DNA of 64,000 bases from Nemertoderma westbladi (taxonomy: Eukaryota > Animalia > Xenacoelomorpha). Location: positions 62,001 through 126,000 of the forward strand of contig JAUCBJ010008528.1 in NCBI GenBank assembly GCA_032718475.1. The letters are read 5' to 3'. Shown here piece by piece: positions 1 to 15,000 of the stretch. The position numbers and the translations under genes were made by a program. Each line of letters begins with the position of its first letter. Position 1 is the stretch's first letter. The notes under the pieces were generated by a model that saw nothing but the letters and a program-made list of their open reading frames with translations, had not been told where the DNA came from and did no database searches.

Positions 1-3000
1 CTTCGTACTCCATGAGTTGATTGTTTGTTTCCCTTCGTACTCCATGAGTTTATTGTTTGTTTCCCTTCGTACTCCTCATGAGTTTATTGTTTGTTTCCCT
101 TCGTACTCATGAGTTTATTGTTTGTATTCCTTCGTACTCCATGAGTTGATTGTTTGTTTCCCTTCGTACTCCATGAGTTTATTGTTTGTTTCCCTTCGTA
201 CTTCATGAGTTGATTGTTTGTTTCCCTTCGTACTCCATGAGTTTATTGTTTGTTTCCCTTCGTACTCCATGAGTTTATTGTTTGTTTCCCTTCGTACTCC
301 ATGAGTTTATTGTTTGTTTCCCTTCGTACTCCATGAGTTTATTGTTTGTTTCCCTTCGTACTCCATGAGTTGATTGTTTGTTTCCCTTCGTACTCCATGA
401 GTTTATTGTTCGTTTCCCTTCGTACCCCATGAGTTGATTGTTTGTTTCCCTTCGTACTTCATGAATTGATTGTTTGTTTCCCTTCGTACTCCATGAGTTT
501 ATTGTTTGTTTCCCTTCGTACTCCATGAGTTTATTGTTTGTTTCCCTTTGTACTCCATGAGTTGATTGTTTGTTTCCCTTCGTACTTCATGAGTTGATTG
601 TTTGTTTCCCTTCGTACTCCTCATGAGTTTATTGTTTGTTTCCCTTCGCACTCATGAGTTTATTGTTTGTATTCCTTCGTACTCCATGAGTTTATTGTTT
701 GTTTCTCTTCGTACTCCATGAGTTTATTGTTTGTTACCCTTCGTACTCCATGAGTTTATTGTTTGTTTCAATTCGTACTTCATGAGTTGATTGTTTGTTT
801 CCCTTCGTAATCCATGAGTTTATTGTTTGTTTCCCTTCGTACTCCATGAGTTTATTGTTTGTTTCCCTTCGTACTCCATGAGTCTATTGTTTGTTTCCCT
901 TCGTACTCCATGAGTTTATTGTTTGTTTCCCTTCGTACTCCATGAGTTTATTGTTTGTTTCCTTTCGCACTCCATGAGTTTATTGTTTGTTTCCCTTCGT
1001 ACTCCATGAGTTGATTGTTTGTTTCCCTTCGTACTCCATGAGTTTATTGTTCGTTTCCCTTCGTACTCCATGAGTTTATTGTTTGTTTCCCTTCCTACTC
1101 CATGAGTTGATTGTTTGTTTCCCTTCGTACTCCATGAGTTGATTGTTTGTTTCCCTTCGTACTTCATGAGTTGATTGTTTGTTTCCCTTCGTACTCCTCA
1201 TGAGTTTATTGTTTGTTTCCCTTCGTACTCCATGAGTTTATTGTTTGTTTCCCTTCGTACTCCATGAGTTTATTGTTTGTTTCCCTTCGTACTCCCTGAG
1301 TTTATTGTTTGTTTCCCTTCGTACTCCATGAGTTTATTGTTTGTTTCCCTTCGTACTCCTCATGAGTTTATTGTTTGTTTCCCTTCGTACTCCATGAGTT
1401 TATTGTTTGTTTCCCTTCCGCGTACTCCATGAGTTGATTGTTTGTTTCCCTTCGTACTCCATGAGTTTATTGTTTGTTTCCCTTCGTACTCCATGAGTTT
1501 ATTGTTTGTATTCCTTCGTACTGCATGAGTAGCTGATTGTTTGTTTCCCTTCGTACTCCATGAGTTTATTGTTTGTTTCCCTTCGTACTCCATGAGTTTA
1601 TTGTTTGTTTCCCTTCGTACTCCATGAGTTTATTGTTTGTTTCTCTTCGTACTCCATGAGTTGATTGTTTGTTTCCCTTCGTACTCCATGAGTTTATTGT
1701 TTGTTTGCCTTCCTCGTACTCCATGAGTTTATTGTTTGTTTCCCTTCGTACTCCATGAGTTTATTGTTTGTTTCCCTTCGTACCCCATGAGTTGATTGTT
1801 TGTTTCCCTTCGTACTTCATGAGTTGATTGTTTGTTTCCCTTCGTACTCCATGAGTTTATTGTTTGTTTCCCTTCGTACTCCATGAGTTTATTGTTTGTT
1901 TCCCTTTGTACTCCATGAGTTGATTGTTTGTTTCCCTTCGTACTTCATGAGTTGATTGTTTGTTTCCCTTCGTACTCCTCATGAGTTTATTGTTTGTTTC
2001 CCTTCGCACTCATGAGTTTATTGTTTGTATTCCTTCGTACTCCATGAGTTTATTGTTTGTTTCTCTTCGTACTCCATTAGTTTATTGTTTGTTACCCTTC
2101 GTACTCCATGAGTTTATTGTTTGTTTCACTTCGTACTTCATGAGTTGATTGTTTGTTTCCCTTCGTACTCCATGAGTTTATTGTTTGTTTCCCTTCGTAC
2201 TCCATGAGTTTATTGTTTGTTTCCCTTCGTACTTCATAAGTTTATTGTTTGTTTCCCTTCGTACTCCATGAGTTTATTGTTTGTTTCCCTTCGTACTCCA
2301 TGAGTTTATTGTTTGTTTCCCTTCGTACTCCATGAGTTTATTGTTTGTTTCCCTTCGCACTCCATGAGTTTATTGTTTGTTTCCCTTCGTACTCCATGAG
2401 TTGATTGTTTGTTTCCCTTCATACTCCTCATGAGTTTATTGTTTGTTTCCCTTCGTACTCCGTGAGTTTATTGTTTGTTTCCCTTCGTACTCCATGAGTT
2501 TATTGTTTGTTTCCCTTCGTACTACGTGAGTTTATTGTTTGTTTCCCTTCGTACTCCATGAGTTTATTGTTTGTTTCCCCTCGTACTCCATGAGTTTATT
2601 GTTTGTTTGCCTTCCTCGTACTCCATGAGTTTATTGTTTGTTTCCCTTCGTACTCCATGAGTTTATTGTTTGTTTCCCCTCGTACTCCATGAGTTTATTG
2701 TTTGTTTGCCTTCCTCGTACTCCATGAGTTTATTGTTTGTTTCCCTTCGTACTCCATGAGTTTATTGTTTATTTCCCTTCGTACTCCATGAGTTTATTGT
2801 TTGTTACCCTTCGTACTCCATGAGTTTATTGTTTGTTTCTCTTCGTACTCCATGAGTTTATTGTTTGTTACCCTTCGTACTCCATGAGTTTATTGTTTGT
2901 TTCCCTTCGTACTCCATGAGTTTATTGTTTGTTTCCCTTCGTACTCCATAAGTTTATTGTTTGTTACCCTTCGCACTCCATGAGTTTATTGTTTGTTTCC

Positions 3001-6000
3001 CTTCGTACTCCATGAGTTTATTGTTTGTTTCCCTTCGTACTCCATAAGTTTATTGTTTGTTTCCCTTCGTACTCCATGAGTTTATTGTTTGTTTCCCTTC
3101 GTACTCCATGAGTTTATTGTTTGTTTTCCTACGTACTCCATGAGTTTATTGTTTGTTTCCCTTCGTACTCCATGAGTTTATTGTTTGTTTTCCTACGTAC
3201 TCCATGAGTTTATTGTTTGTTTCCCTTCGTACTCCATGAGTTTATTGTTTGTTTCCCTTCGTACTCCATGAGTTTATTGTTTGTTACCCTTCGTACTCCA
3301 TGAGTTTATTGTTTGTTTTCCTACGTACTCCATGAGTTTATTGTTTGTTTCCCTTCGTACTCCATGAGTTTATGGTTTGTTTTCCTACGTACTCCATGAG
3401 TTTATTGTTTGTTTCTCTTCGTACTCCATGAGTTTATTGTTTGTTTTCCTACGTACTCCATGAGTTTATTGTTTGTTTCCCTTCGTACTCCATGAGTTTA
3501 TTGTTTGTTTTCCTGCGTACTCCATGAGTTTATTGTTTGTCTCCCTACGTACTCCATGAGTTTATTGTTTGTTTCCCTTCGTACTCCATGAGTTTATTGT
3601 TTGTTTTCCTGCGTACTCCATGAGTTTATTGTTTGTCTCCCTACGTACTCCATGAGTTTATTGTTTGTTTTCCTGCGTACTCCATGAGTTTATTGTTTGT
3701 CTCCCTACGTACTCCATGAGTTTATTGTTTGTTTTCCTTCGTACTCCATGAGTTTATTGTTTGTCTCCCTACGTACTCCATGAGTTTATTGTTTGTTTCC
3801 CTACGTACTCCATGAGTTTATTGTTTGTTTCCCTTCGTACTCCATGAGTTTATTGTTTGTTTCCCTTCGTACTCCATGAGTTTATTGTTTGTTTCCCTTC
3901 GTACTACGTGAGTTTATTGTTTGTTTCCCTTCGTACTCCATGAGTTTATTGTTTGTTTCCCCTCGTACTCCATGAGTTTATTGTTTGTTTGCCTTCCTCG
4001 TACTCCATGAGTTTATTGTTTGTTTCCCTTCGTACTCCATGAGTTTATTGTTTGTTTCCCCTCGTACTCCATGAGTTTATTGTTTGTTTGCCTTCCTCGT
4101 ACTCCATGAGTTTATTGTTTGTTTCCCTTCGTACTCCATGAGTTTATTGTTTATTTCCCTTCGTACTCCATGAGTTTATTGTTTGTTACCCTTCGTACTC
4201 CATGAGTTTATTGTTTGTTTCTCTTCGTACTCCATGAGTTTATTGTTTGTTACCCTTCGTACTCCATGAGTTTATTGTTTGTTTCCCTTCGTACTCCATG
4301 AGTTTATTGTTTGTTTCCCTTCGTACTCCATAAGTTTATTGTTTGTTACCCTTCGCACTCCATGAGTTTATTGTTTGTTTCCCTTCGTACTCCATGAGTT
4401 TATTGTTTGTTTCCCTTCGTACTCCATAAGTTTATTGTTTGTTTCCCTTCGTACTCCATGAGTTTATTGTTTGTTTCCCTTCGTACTCCATGAGTTTATT
4501 GTTTGTTTTCCTACGTACTCCATGAGTTTATTGTTTGTTTCCCTTCGTACTCCATGAGTTTATTGTTTGTTTTCCTACGTACTCCATGAGTTTATTGTTT
4601 GTTTCCCTTCGTACTCCATGAGTTTATTGTTTGTTTCCCTTCGTACTCCATGAGTTTATTGTTTGTTACCCTTCGTACTCCATGAGTTTATTGTTTGTTT
4701 TCCTACGTACTCCATGAGTTTATTGTTTGTTTCCCTTCGTACTCCATGAGTTTATTGTTTGTTTTCCTACGTACTCCATGAGTTTATTGTTTGTTTCTCT
4801 TCGTACTCCATGAGTTTATTGTTTGTTTTCCTACGTACTCCATGAGTTTATTGTTTGTTTCCCTTCGTACTCCATGAGTTTATTGTTTGTTTTCCTGCGT
4901 ACTCCATGAGTTTATTGTTTGTCTCCCTACGTACTCCATGAGTTTATTGTTTGTTTCCCTTCGTACTCCATGAGTTTATTGTTTGTTTTCCTCGTACTCC
5001 ATGAGTTTATTGTTTGTCTCCCTACGTACTCCATGAGTTTATTGTTTGTTTTCCTGCGTACTCCATGAGTTTATTGTTTGTCTCCCTACGTACTCCATGA
5101 GTTTATTGTTTGTTTTCCTTCGTACTCCATGAGTTTATTGTTTGTCTCCCTACGTACTCCATGAGTTTATTGTTTGTTTCCCTACGTACTCCATGAGTTT
5201 ATTGTTTGTTTCCCTTCGTACTCCATGAGTTTATTGTTTGTTTCCCTTCGTACTCCATGAGTTTATTGTTTGTTTCCCTTCGTACTCCATGGGTTTATTG
5301 TTTGTCTCCCTACGTACTCCATGAGTTTATTGTTTGTTTCCCTTCGTACTCCATGAGTTTATTGTTTGTTTTCCTGCGTACTCCATGAGTTTATTGTTTG
5401 TCTCCCTACGTACTCCATGAGTTTATTGTTTGTTTCCCTTCCTACTCCATGAGTTGATTGTTTGTTTCCCTTCGTACTCCATGAGTTTATTGTTTGTTTC
5501 CCTTCGTACTCCATGAGTTTATTGTTTGTTTCCCTTCGTACTCCATGAGTTTATTGTTTGTTTCCCTTCGTACTCCATGAGTTTATTGTTTGTTTCCCTT
5601 CGTACTCCATGAGTTTATTGTTTGTTTCCCTTCGTACTTCATAAGTTTATTGCTTGTTTCCCTTCGTACTCCATGAGCATGAGTTTATTGTTTGTTTCCC
5701 TTCCGCGTACTCCATGAGTTGATTGTTTGTTTCCCTTCGTACTCCATGAGTTGATGTTTGTTTCCCTTCGTACTACATGAGTTGATTGTTTGTTTCCCTT
5801 CGTACTCCTCATGAGTTTATTGTTTGTTTCCCTTGGTACTCCATGAGTTTATTGTTTGTTTCCCTTCGTACTCCATGAGTTCATTGTTTGTTTCCCTTCG
5901 TACTCCATAAGTTTATTGTTTGTTTCCATTCGTACTCCATGAGTTTATTGTTTGTTTCCCTTCGTACTCCATGAGTTTATTGTTTGTTACCCTTCGCACT

Positions 6001-9000
6001 CCATGAGTTTATTGTTTGTTTCCCTTCGTACTCCATGAGTTTATTGTTTGTTTCCCTTCGTACTCCATGAGTTTATTGTTTGTTTCCCTTCGTACTCCAT
6101 GAGTTTATTGTTTGTTACCCTTCGCACTCCATGAGTTTATTGTTTGTTTCCCTTTGTACTCCATGAGTTGATTGTTTGTTTCCCTCCGTACTTCATGAGT
6201 TGATTGTTTGTTTCCCTTCGTACTCCTCATGAGTTGATTGTTTGTTTCCCTTCGTACTCCATGAGTTTATTGTTTGTTTCCCTTCGTACTCCATGAGTTT
6301 ATTGTTTGTTTCCCTTTGTACTCCATGAGTTGATTGTTTGTTTCCCTTCGTACTTCATGAGTTGATTGTTTGTTTCCCTTCGTACTCCTCATGAGTTTAT
6401 TGTTTGTTTCCCTTCGCACTCATGAGTTTATTGTTTGTATTCCTTCGTACTCCATGAGTTTATTGTTTGTTTCTCTTCGTACTCCATTAGTTTATTGTTT
6501 GTTACCCTTCGTACTCCATGAGTTTATTGTTTGTTTCACTTCGTACTTCATGAGTTGATTGTTTGTTTCCCTTCGTACTCCATGAGTTTATTGTTTGTTT
6601 CCCTTCGTACTCCATGAGTTTATTGTTTGTTTCCCTTCGTACTTCATAAGTTTATTGTTTGTTTCCCTTCGTACTCCATGAGTTTATTGTTTGTTTCCCT
6701 TCGTACTCCATGAGTTTATTGTTTGTTTCCCTTCGTACTCCATGAGTTTATTGTTTGTTTCCCTTCGCACTCCATGAGTTTATTGTTTGTTTCCCTTCGT
6801 ACTCCATGAGTTGATTGTTTGTTTCCCTTCGTACTCCTCATGAGTTTATTGTTTGTTTCCCTTCGTACTCCGTGAGTTTATTGTTTGTTTCCCTTCGTAC
6901 TCCATGAGTTTATTGTTTGTTTCCCTTCGTACTCCGTGAGTTTATTGTTTGTTTCCCTTCGTACTCCATGAGTTTATTGTTTGTTTCCCCTCGTACTCCA
7001 TGAGTTTATTGTTTGTTTGCCTTCCTCGTACTCCATGAGTTTATTGTTTGTTTCTCTTCGTACTCCATGAGTTTATTGTTTGTTTCCCCTCGTACTCCAT
7101 GAGTTTTTTGTTTGTTTGCCTTCCTCGTACTCCATGAGTTTATTGTTTGTTTCCCTTCGTACTCCATGAGTTTATTGTTTATTTCCCTTCGTACTCCATG
7201 AGTTTATTGTTTGTTACCCTTCGTACTCCATGAGTTTATTGTTTGTTTCTCTTCGTACTCCATGAGTTTATTGTTTGTTACCCTTCGTACTCCATGAATT
7301 TATTGTTTGTTTCCCTTCGTACTACATGAGTTGATTGTTTGTTTCCCTTCGTACTCCATGAGTTTATCGTTTGTTTCCCTTCGTACTCCTCATGAGTTTA
7401 TTGTTTGTTTCCCTTCGTACTCATGAGTTTATTGTTTGTATTCCTTCGTACTCCATGAGTTGATTGTTTGTTTCCCTTCGTACTCCATGAGTTTATTGTT
7501 TGTTTCCCTTCGTACTTCATGAGTTGATTGTTTGTTTCCCTTCGTACTCCATGAGTTTATTGTTTGTTTCCCTTCGTACTCCATGAGTTTATTGTTTGTT
7601 TCCCTTCGTACTCCATGAGTTTATTGTTTGTTTCCCTTCGTACTCCATGAGTTGATTGTTTGTTTCCCTTCGTACTCCATGAGTTTATTGTTCGTTTCCC
7701 TTCGTACTCCATGAGTTGATTGTTTGTTTCCCTTCGTACTTCATGAATTGATTGTTTGTTTCCCTTCGTACTCCATGAGTTTATTGTTTGTTTCCCTTCG
7801 TACTCCATGAGTTTATTGTTTGTTTCCCTTTGTACTCCATGAGTTGATTGTTTGTTTCCCTTCGTACTTCATGAGTTGATTGTTTGTTTCCCTTCGTACT
7901 CCTCATGAGTTTATTGTTTGTTTCCCTTCGCACTCATGAGTTTATTGTTTGTATTCCTTCGTACTCCATGAGTTTATTGTTTGTTTCTCTTCGTACTCCA
8001 TGAGTTTATTGTTTGTTACCCTTCGTACTCCATGAGTTTATTGTTTGTTTCAATTCGTACTTCATGAGTTGATTGTTTGTTTCCCTTCGTAATCCATGAG
8101 TTTATTGTTTGTTTCCCTTCGTACTCCATGAGTTTATTGTTTGTTTCCCTTCGTACTCCATGAGTCTATTGTTTGTTTCCCTTCGTACTCCATGAGTTTA
8201 TTGTTTGTTTCCCTTCGTACTCCATGAGTTTATTGTTTGTTTCCCTTCGCACTCCATGAGTTTATTGTTTGTTTCCCTTCGTACTCCATGAGTTGATTGT
8301 TTGTTTCCCTTCGTACTCCATGACTTTATTGTTCGTTTCCCTTCGTACTCCATGAGTTTATTGTTTGTTTCCCTTCCTACTCCATGAGTTGATTGTTTGT
8401 TTCCCTTCGTACTCCATGAGTTGATTGTTTGTTTCCCTTCGCACTCCATGAGTTTATTGTTTGTTTCCCTTCGTACTCCATGAGTTGATTGTTTGTTTCC
8501 CTTCGTACTCCATGAGTTTATTGTTTGTTTCCCTTCGTACTCCATGAGTTTATTGTTTGTTTCCCTTCGCACTCCATGAGTTTATTGTTTGTTTCCCTTC
8601 GTACTCCATGAGTTTATTGTTTGTTTCCCTTCGTACTCCTCATGAGTTTATTGTTTGTTTCCCTTCGTACTCCATGAGTTTATTGTTTGTTTCCCTTCCG
8701 CGTACTCCATGAGTTGATTGTTTGTTTCCCTTCGTACTCCATGAGTTTATTGTTTGTTTCCCTTCGTACTCCATGAGTTTATTGTTTGTATTCCTTCGTA
8801 CTGCATGAGTTGATTGTTTGTTTCCCTTCGTACTCCATGAGTTTATTGTTTGTTTCCCTTCGTACTCCATGAGTTTATTGTTTGTTTCCCTTCGTACTCC
8901 ATGAGTTTATTGTTTGTTTCTCTTCCTACTCCATTAGTTTATTGTTTGTTTCCCTTCGTACCCCATGAGTTGATTGTTTGTTTCCCTTCGTACTTCATGA

Positions 9001-12000
9001 GTTGATTGTTTGTTTCCCTTCGTACTCCATGAGTTTATTGTTTGTTTCCCTTCGTACTCCATGAGTTTATTGTTTGTTTCCCTTTGTACTCCATGAGTTG
9101 ATTGTTTGTTTCCCTTCGTACTTCATGAGTTGATTGTTTGTTTCCCTTCGTACTCCTCATGAGTTTATTGTTTGTTTCCCTTCGCACTCATGAGTTTATT
9201 GTTTGTATTCCTTCGTACTCCATGAGTTTATTGTTTGTTTCTCTTCGTACTCCATTAGTTTATTGTTTGTTACCCTTCGTACTCCATGAGTTTATTGTTT
9301 GTTTCACTTCGTACTTCATGAGTTGATTGTTTGTTTCCCTTCGTACTCCATGAGTTTATTGTTTGTTTCCCTTCGTACTCCATGAGTTTATTGTTTGTTT
9401 CCCTTCGTACTTCATAAGTTTATTGTTTGTTTCCCTTCGTACTCCATGAGTTTATTGTTTGTTTCACTTCGTACTTCATGAGTTGATTGTTTGTTTCCCT
9501 TCGTACTCCATGAGTTTATTGTTTGTTTCCCTTCGTACTCCATGAGTTTATTGTTTGTTTCCCTTCGTACTTCATAAGTTTATTGTTTGTTTCCCTTCGT
9601 ACTCCATGAGTTTATTGTTTGTTTCCCTTCGTACTCCATGAGTTTATTGTTTGTTTCCCTTCGTACTCCATGAGTTTATTGTTTGTTTCCCTTCGCACTC
9701 CATGAGTTTATTGTTTGTTTCCCTTCGTACTTCATGAGTTGATTGTTTGTTTCCCTTCGTACTCCATGAGTTTATTGTTTGTTTCCCTTCGTACTCCATG
9801 AGTTTATTGTTTGTTTCCCTTCGTACTTCATAAGTTTATTGTTTGTTTCCCTTCGTACTCCATGAGTTTATTGTTTGTTTCCCTTCGTACTCCATGAGTT
9901 TATTGTTTGTTTCCCTTCGTACTCCATGAGTTTATTGTTTGTTTCCCTTCATACTCCTCATGAGTTTATTGTTTGTTTCCCTTCGTACTCCGTGAGTTTA
10001 TTGTTTGTTTCCCTTCGTACTCCATGAGTTTATTGTTTGTTTCCCTTCGTACTACGTGAGTTTATTGTTTGTTTCCCTTCGTACTCCATGAGTTTATTGT
10101 TTGTTTCCCCTCGTACTCCATGAGTTTATTGTTTGTTTGCCTTCCTCGTACTCCATGAGTTTATTGTTTGTTTCCCTTCGTACTCCATGAGTTTATTGTT
10201 TGTTTCCCCTCGTACTCCATGAGTTTATTGTTTGTTTGCCTTCCTCGTACTCCATGAGTTTATTGTTTGTTTCCCTTCGTACTCCATGAGTTTATTGTTT
10301 ATTTCCCTTCGTACTCCATGAGTTTATTGTTTGTTACCCTTCGTACTCCATGAGTTTATTGTTTGTTTCTCTTCGTACTCCATGAGTTTATTGTTTGTTA
10401 CCCTTCGTACTCCATGAGTTTATTGTTTGTATTCCTTCGTACTCCATGAGTTGATTGTTTGTTTCCCTTCGTACTCCATGGGTTTATTGTTTGTATTCCT
10501 TCGTACTCCATGAGTTTATTGTTTGTTTCCCCTCGTACTCCATGAGTTTATTGTTTGTTTGCCTTCCTCGTACTCCATGAGTTTATTGTTTGTTTCCCTT
10601 CGTACTCCATGAGTTTATTGTTTGTTTCCCCTCGTACTCCATGAGTTTTTTGTTTGTTTGCCTTCCTCGTACTCCATGAGTTTATTGTTTGTTTCCCTTC
10701 GTACTCCATGAGTTTATTGTTTATTTCCCTTCGTACTCCATGAGTTTATTGTTTGTTACCCTTCGTACTCCATGAGTTTATTGTTTGTTTCTCTTCGTAC
10801 TCCATGAGTTTATTGTTTGTTACCCTTCGTACTCCATGAGTTTATTGTTTGTTTCCCTTCGTACTACATGAGTTTATTGTTTGTATTCCTTCGTACTCCA
10901 TGAGTTGATTGTTTGTTTCCCTTCGTACTCCATGAGTTTATTGTTTGTTTCCCTTCGTACTCCTCATGAGTTTATTGTTTGTTTCCCTTCGTACTCATGA
11001 GTTTATTGTTTGTATTCCTTCGTACTCCATGAGTTGATTGTTTGTTTCCCTTCGTATTCCATGAGTTTATTGTTTGTTTCCCTTCGTACTTCATGAGTTG
11101 ATTGTTTGTTTCCCTTCGTACTCCATGAGTTTATTGTTTGTTTCCCTTCGTACTCCATGAGTTTATTGTTTGTTTCCCTTCGTACTCCATGAGTTTATTG
11201 TTTGTTTCCCTTCGTACTCCATGAGTTTATTGTTTGTTTCCCTTCGTACTCCATGAGTTGATTGTTTGTTTCCCTTCGTACTCCATGAGTTTATTGTTCG
11301 TTTCCCTTCGTACCCCATGAGTTGATTGTTTGTTTCCCTTCGTACTTCATGAATTGATTGTTTGTTTCCCTTCGTACTCCATGAGTTTATTGTTTGTTTC
11401 CCTTCGTACTCCATGAGTTTATTGTTTGTTTCCCTTTGTACTCCATGAGTTGATTGTTTGTTTCCCTTCGTACTTCATGAGTTGATTGTTTGTTTCCCTT
11501 CGTACTCCTCATGAGTTTATTGTTTGTTTCCCTTCGCACTCATGAGTTTATTGTTTGTATTCCTTCGTACTCCATGAGTTTATTGTTTGTTTCTCTTCGT
11601 ACTTCATGAGTTTATTGTTTGTTACCCTTCGTACTCCATGAGTTTATTGTTTGTTTCAATTCGTACTTCATGAGTTGATTGTTTGTTTCCCTTCGTAATC
11701 CATGAGTTTATTGTTTGTTTCCCTTCGTACTCCATGAGTTTATTGTTTGTTTCCCTTCGTACTCCATGAGTCTATTGTTTGTTTCCCTTCGTACTCCATG
11801 AGTTTATTGTTTGTTTCCCTTCGTACTCCATGAGTTTATTGTTTGTTTCCCTTCGCACTCCATGAGTTTATTGTTTGTTTCCCTTCGTACTCCATGAGTT
11901 GATTGTTTGTTTCCCTTCGTACTCCATGAGTTTATTGTTCGTTTCCCTTCGTACTCCATGAGTTTATTGTTTGTTTCCCTTCCTACTCCATGAGTTGATT

Positions 12001-15000
12001 GTTTGTTTCCCTTCGTACTCCATGAGTTGATTGTTTGTTTCCCTTCGCACTCCATGAGTTTATTGTTTGTTTCCCTTCGTACTCCATGAGTTGATTGTTT
12101 GTTTCCCTTCGTACTCCATGAGTTTATTGTTTGTTTCCCTTCGTACTCCATGAGTTTATTGTTTGTTTCCCTTCGCACTCCATGAGTTTATTGTTTGTTT
12201 CCCTTCGTACTCCATGAGTTTATTGTTTGTTTCCCTTCGTACTCCTCATGAGTTTATTGTTTGTTTCCCTTCGTACTCCATGAGTTTATTGTTTGTTTCC
12301 CTTCCGCGTACTCCATGAGTTGATTGTTTGTTTCCCTTCGTACTCCATGAGTTTATTGTTTGTTTCCCTTCGTACTCCATGAGTTTATTGTTTGTATTCC
12401 TTCGTACTGCATGAGTTGATTGTTTGTTTCCCTTCGTACTCCATGAGTTTATTGTTTGTTTCCCTTCGTACTCCATGAGTTTATTGTTTGTTTCCCTTCG
12501 TACTCCATGAGTTTATTGTTTGTTTCTCTTCGTACTCCATGAGTTTATTGTTTGTTTCCCTTCGTACCCCATGAGTTGATTGTTTGTTTCCCTTCGTACT
12601 TCATGAGTTGATTGTTTGTTTCCCTTCGTACTCCATGAGTTTATTGTTTGTTTCCCTTCGTACTCCATGAGTTTATTGTTTGTTTCCCTTTGTACTCCAT
12701 GAGTTGATTGTTTGTTTCCCTTCGTACTTCATGAGTTGATTGTTTGTTTCCCTTCGTACTCCATGAGTTTATTGTTTGTTTCCCTTCGTACTTCATAAGT
12801 TTATTGTTTGTTTCCCTTCGCACTCATGAGTTTATTGTTTGTATTCCTTCGTACTCCATGAGTTTATTGTTTGTTTCTCTTCGTACTCCATTAGTTTATT
12901 GTTTGTTACCCTTCGTACTCCATGAGTTTATTGTTTGTTTCACTTCGTACTTCATGAGTTGATTGTTTGTTTCCCTTCGTACTCCATGAGTTTATTGTTT
13001 GTTTCCCTTCGTACTCCATGAGTTTATTGTTTGTTTCCCTTCGTACTTCATAAGTTTATTGTTTGTTTCCCTTCGTACTCCATGAGTTTATTGTTTGTTT
13101 CCCTTCGTACTCCATGAGTTTATTGTTTGTTTCCCTTCGTACTCCATGAGTTTATTGTTTGTTTCCCTTCGTACTCCATGAGTTTATTGTTTGTTTCCCT
13201 TCGTACTCCATGAGTTGATTGTTTGTTTCCCTTCGTACTCCATGAGTTTATTGTTCGTTTCCCTTCGTACCCCATGAGTTGATTGTTTGTTTCCCTTCGT
13301 ACTTCATGAATTGATTGTTTGTTTCCCTTCGTACTCCATGAGTTTATTGTTTGTTTCCCTTCGTACTCCATGAGTTTATTGTTTGTTTCCCTTTGTACTC
13401 CATGAGTTGATTGTTTGTTTCCCTTCGTACTTCATGAGTTGATTGTTTGTTTCCCTTCGTACTCCTCATGAGTTTATTGTTTGTTTCCCTTCGCACTCAT
13501 GAGTTTATTGTTTGTATTCCTTCGTACTCCATGAGTTTATTGTTTGTTTCTCTTCGTACTCCATGAGTTTATTGTTTGTTACCCTTCGTACTCCATGAGT
13601 TTATTGTTTGTTTCAATTCGTACTTCATGAGTTGATTGTTTGTTTCCCTTCGTAATCCATGAGTTTATTGTTTGTTTCCCTTCGTACTCCATGAGTTTAT
13701 TGTTTGTTTCCCTTCGTACTCCATGAGTCTATTGTTTGTTTCCCTTCGTACTCCATGAGTTTATTGTTTGTTTCCCTTCGTACTCCATGAGTTTATTGTT
13801 TGTTTCCCTTCGCACTCCATGAGTTTATTGTTTGTTTCCCTTCGTACTCCATGAGTTGATTGTTTGTTTCCCTTCGTACTCCATGAGTTTATTGTTCGTT
13901 TCCCTTCGTACTCCATGAGTTTATTGTTTGTTTCCCTTCCTACTCCATGAGTTGATTGTTTGTTTCCCTTCGTACTCCATGAGTTGATTGTTTGTTTCCC
14001 TTCGCACTCCATGAGTTTATTGTTTGTTTCCCTTCGTACTCCATGAGTTGATTGTTTGTTTCCCTTCGTACTCCATGAGTTTATTGTTTGTTTCCCTTCG
14101 TACTCCATGAGTTTATTGTTTGTTTCCCTTCGCACTCCATGAGTTTATTGTTTGTTTCCCTTCGTACTCCATGAGTTTATTGTTTGTTTCCCTTCGTACT
14201 CCTCATGAGTTTATTGTTTGTTTCCCTTCGTACTCCATGAGTTTATTGTTTGTTTCCCTTCCGCGTACTCCATGAGTTGATTGTTTGTTTCCCTTCGTAC
14301 TCCATGAGTTTATTGTTTGTTTCCCTTCGTACTCCATGAGTTTATTGTTTGTATTCCTTCGTACTGCATGAGTTGATTGTTTGTTTCCCTTCGTACTCCA
14401 TGAGTTTATTGTTTGTTTCCCTTCGTACTCCATGAGTTTATTGTTTGTTTCCCTTCGTACTCCATGAGTTTATTGTTTGTTTCTCTTCGTACTCCATGAG
14501 TTTATTGTTTGTTTCCCTTCGTACCCCATGAGTTGATTGTTTGTTTCCCTTCGTACTTCATGAGTTGATTGTTTGTTTCCCTTCGTACTCCATGAGTTGA
14601 TTGTTTGTTTCCCTTCGTACTCCATGAGTTTATTGTTTGTTTCCCTTTGTACTCCATGAGTTGATTGTTTGTTTCCCTTCGTACTTCATGAGTTGATTGT
14701 TTGTTTCCCTTCGTACTCCATGAGTTTATTGTTTGTTTCCCTTCGTACTTCATAAGTTTATTGTTTGTTTCCCTTCGCACTCATGAGTTTATTGTTTGTA
14801 TTCCTTCGTACTCCATGAGTTTATTGTTTGTTTCTCTTCGTACTCCATTAGTTTATTGTTTGTTACCCTTCGTACTCCATGAGTTTATTGTTTGTTTCAC
14901 TTCGTACTTCATGAGTTGATTGTTTGTTTCCCTTCGTACTCCATGAGTTTATTGTTTGTTTCCCTTCGTACTCCATGAGTTTATTGTTTGTTTCCCTTCG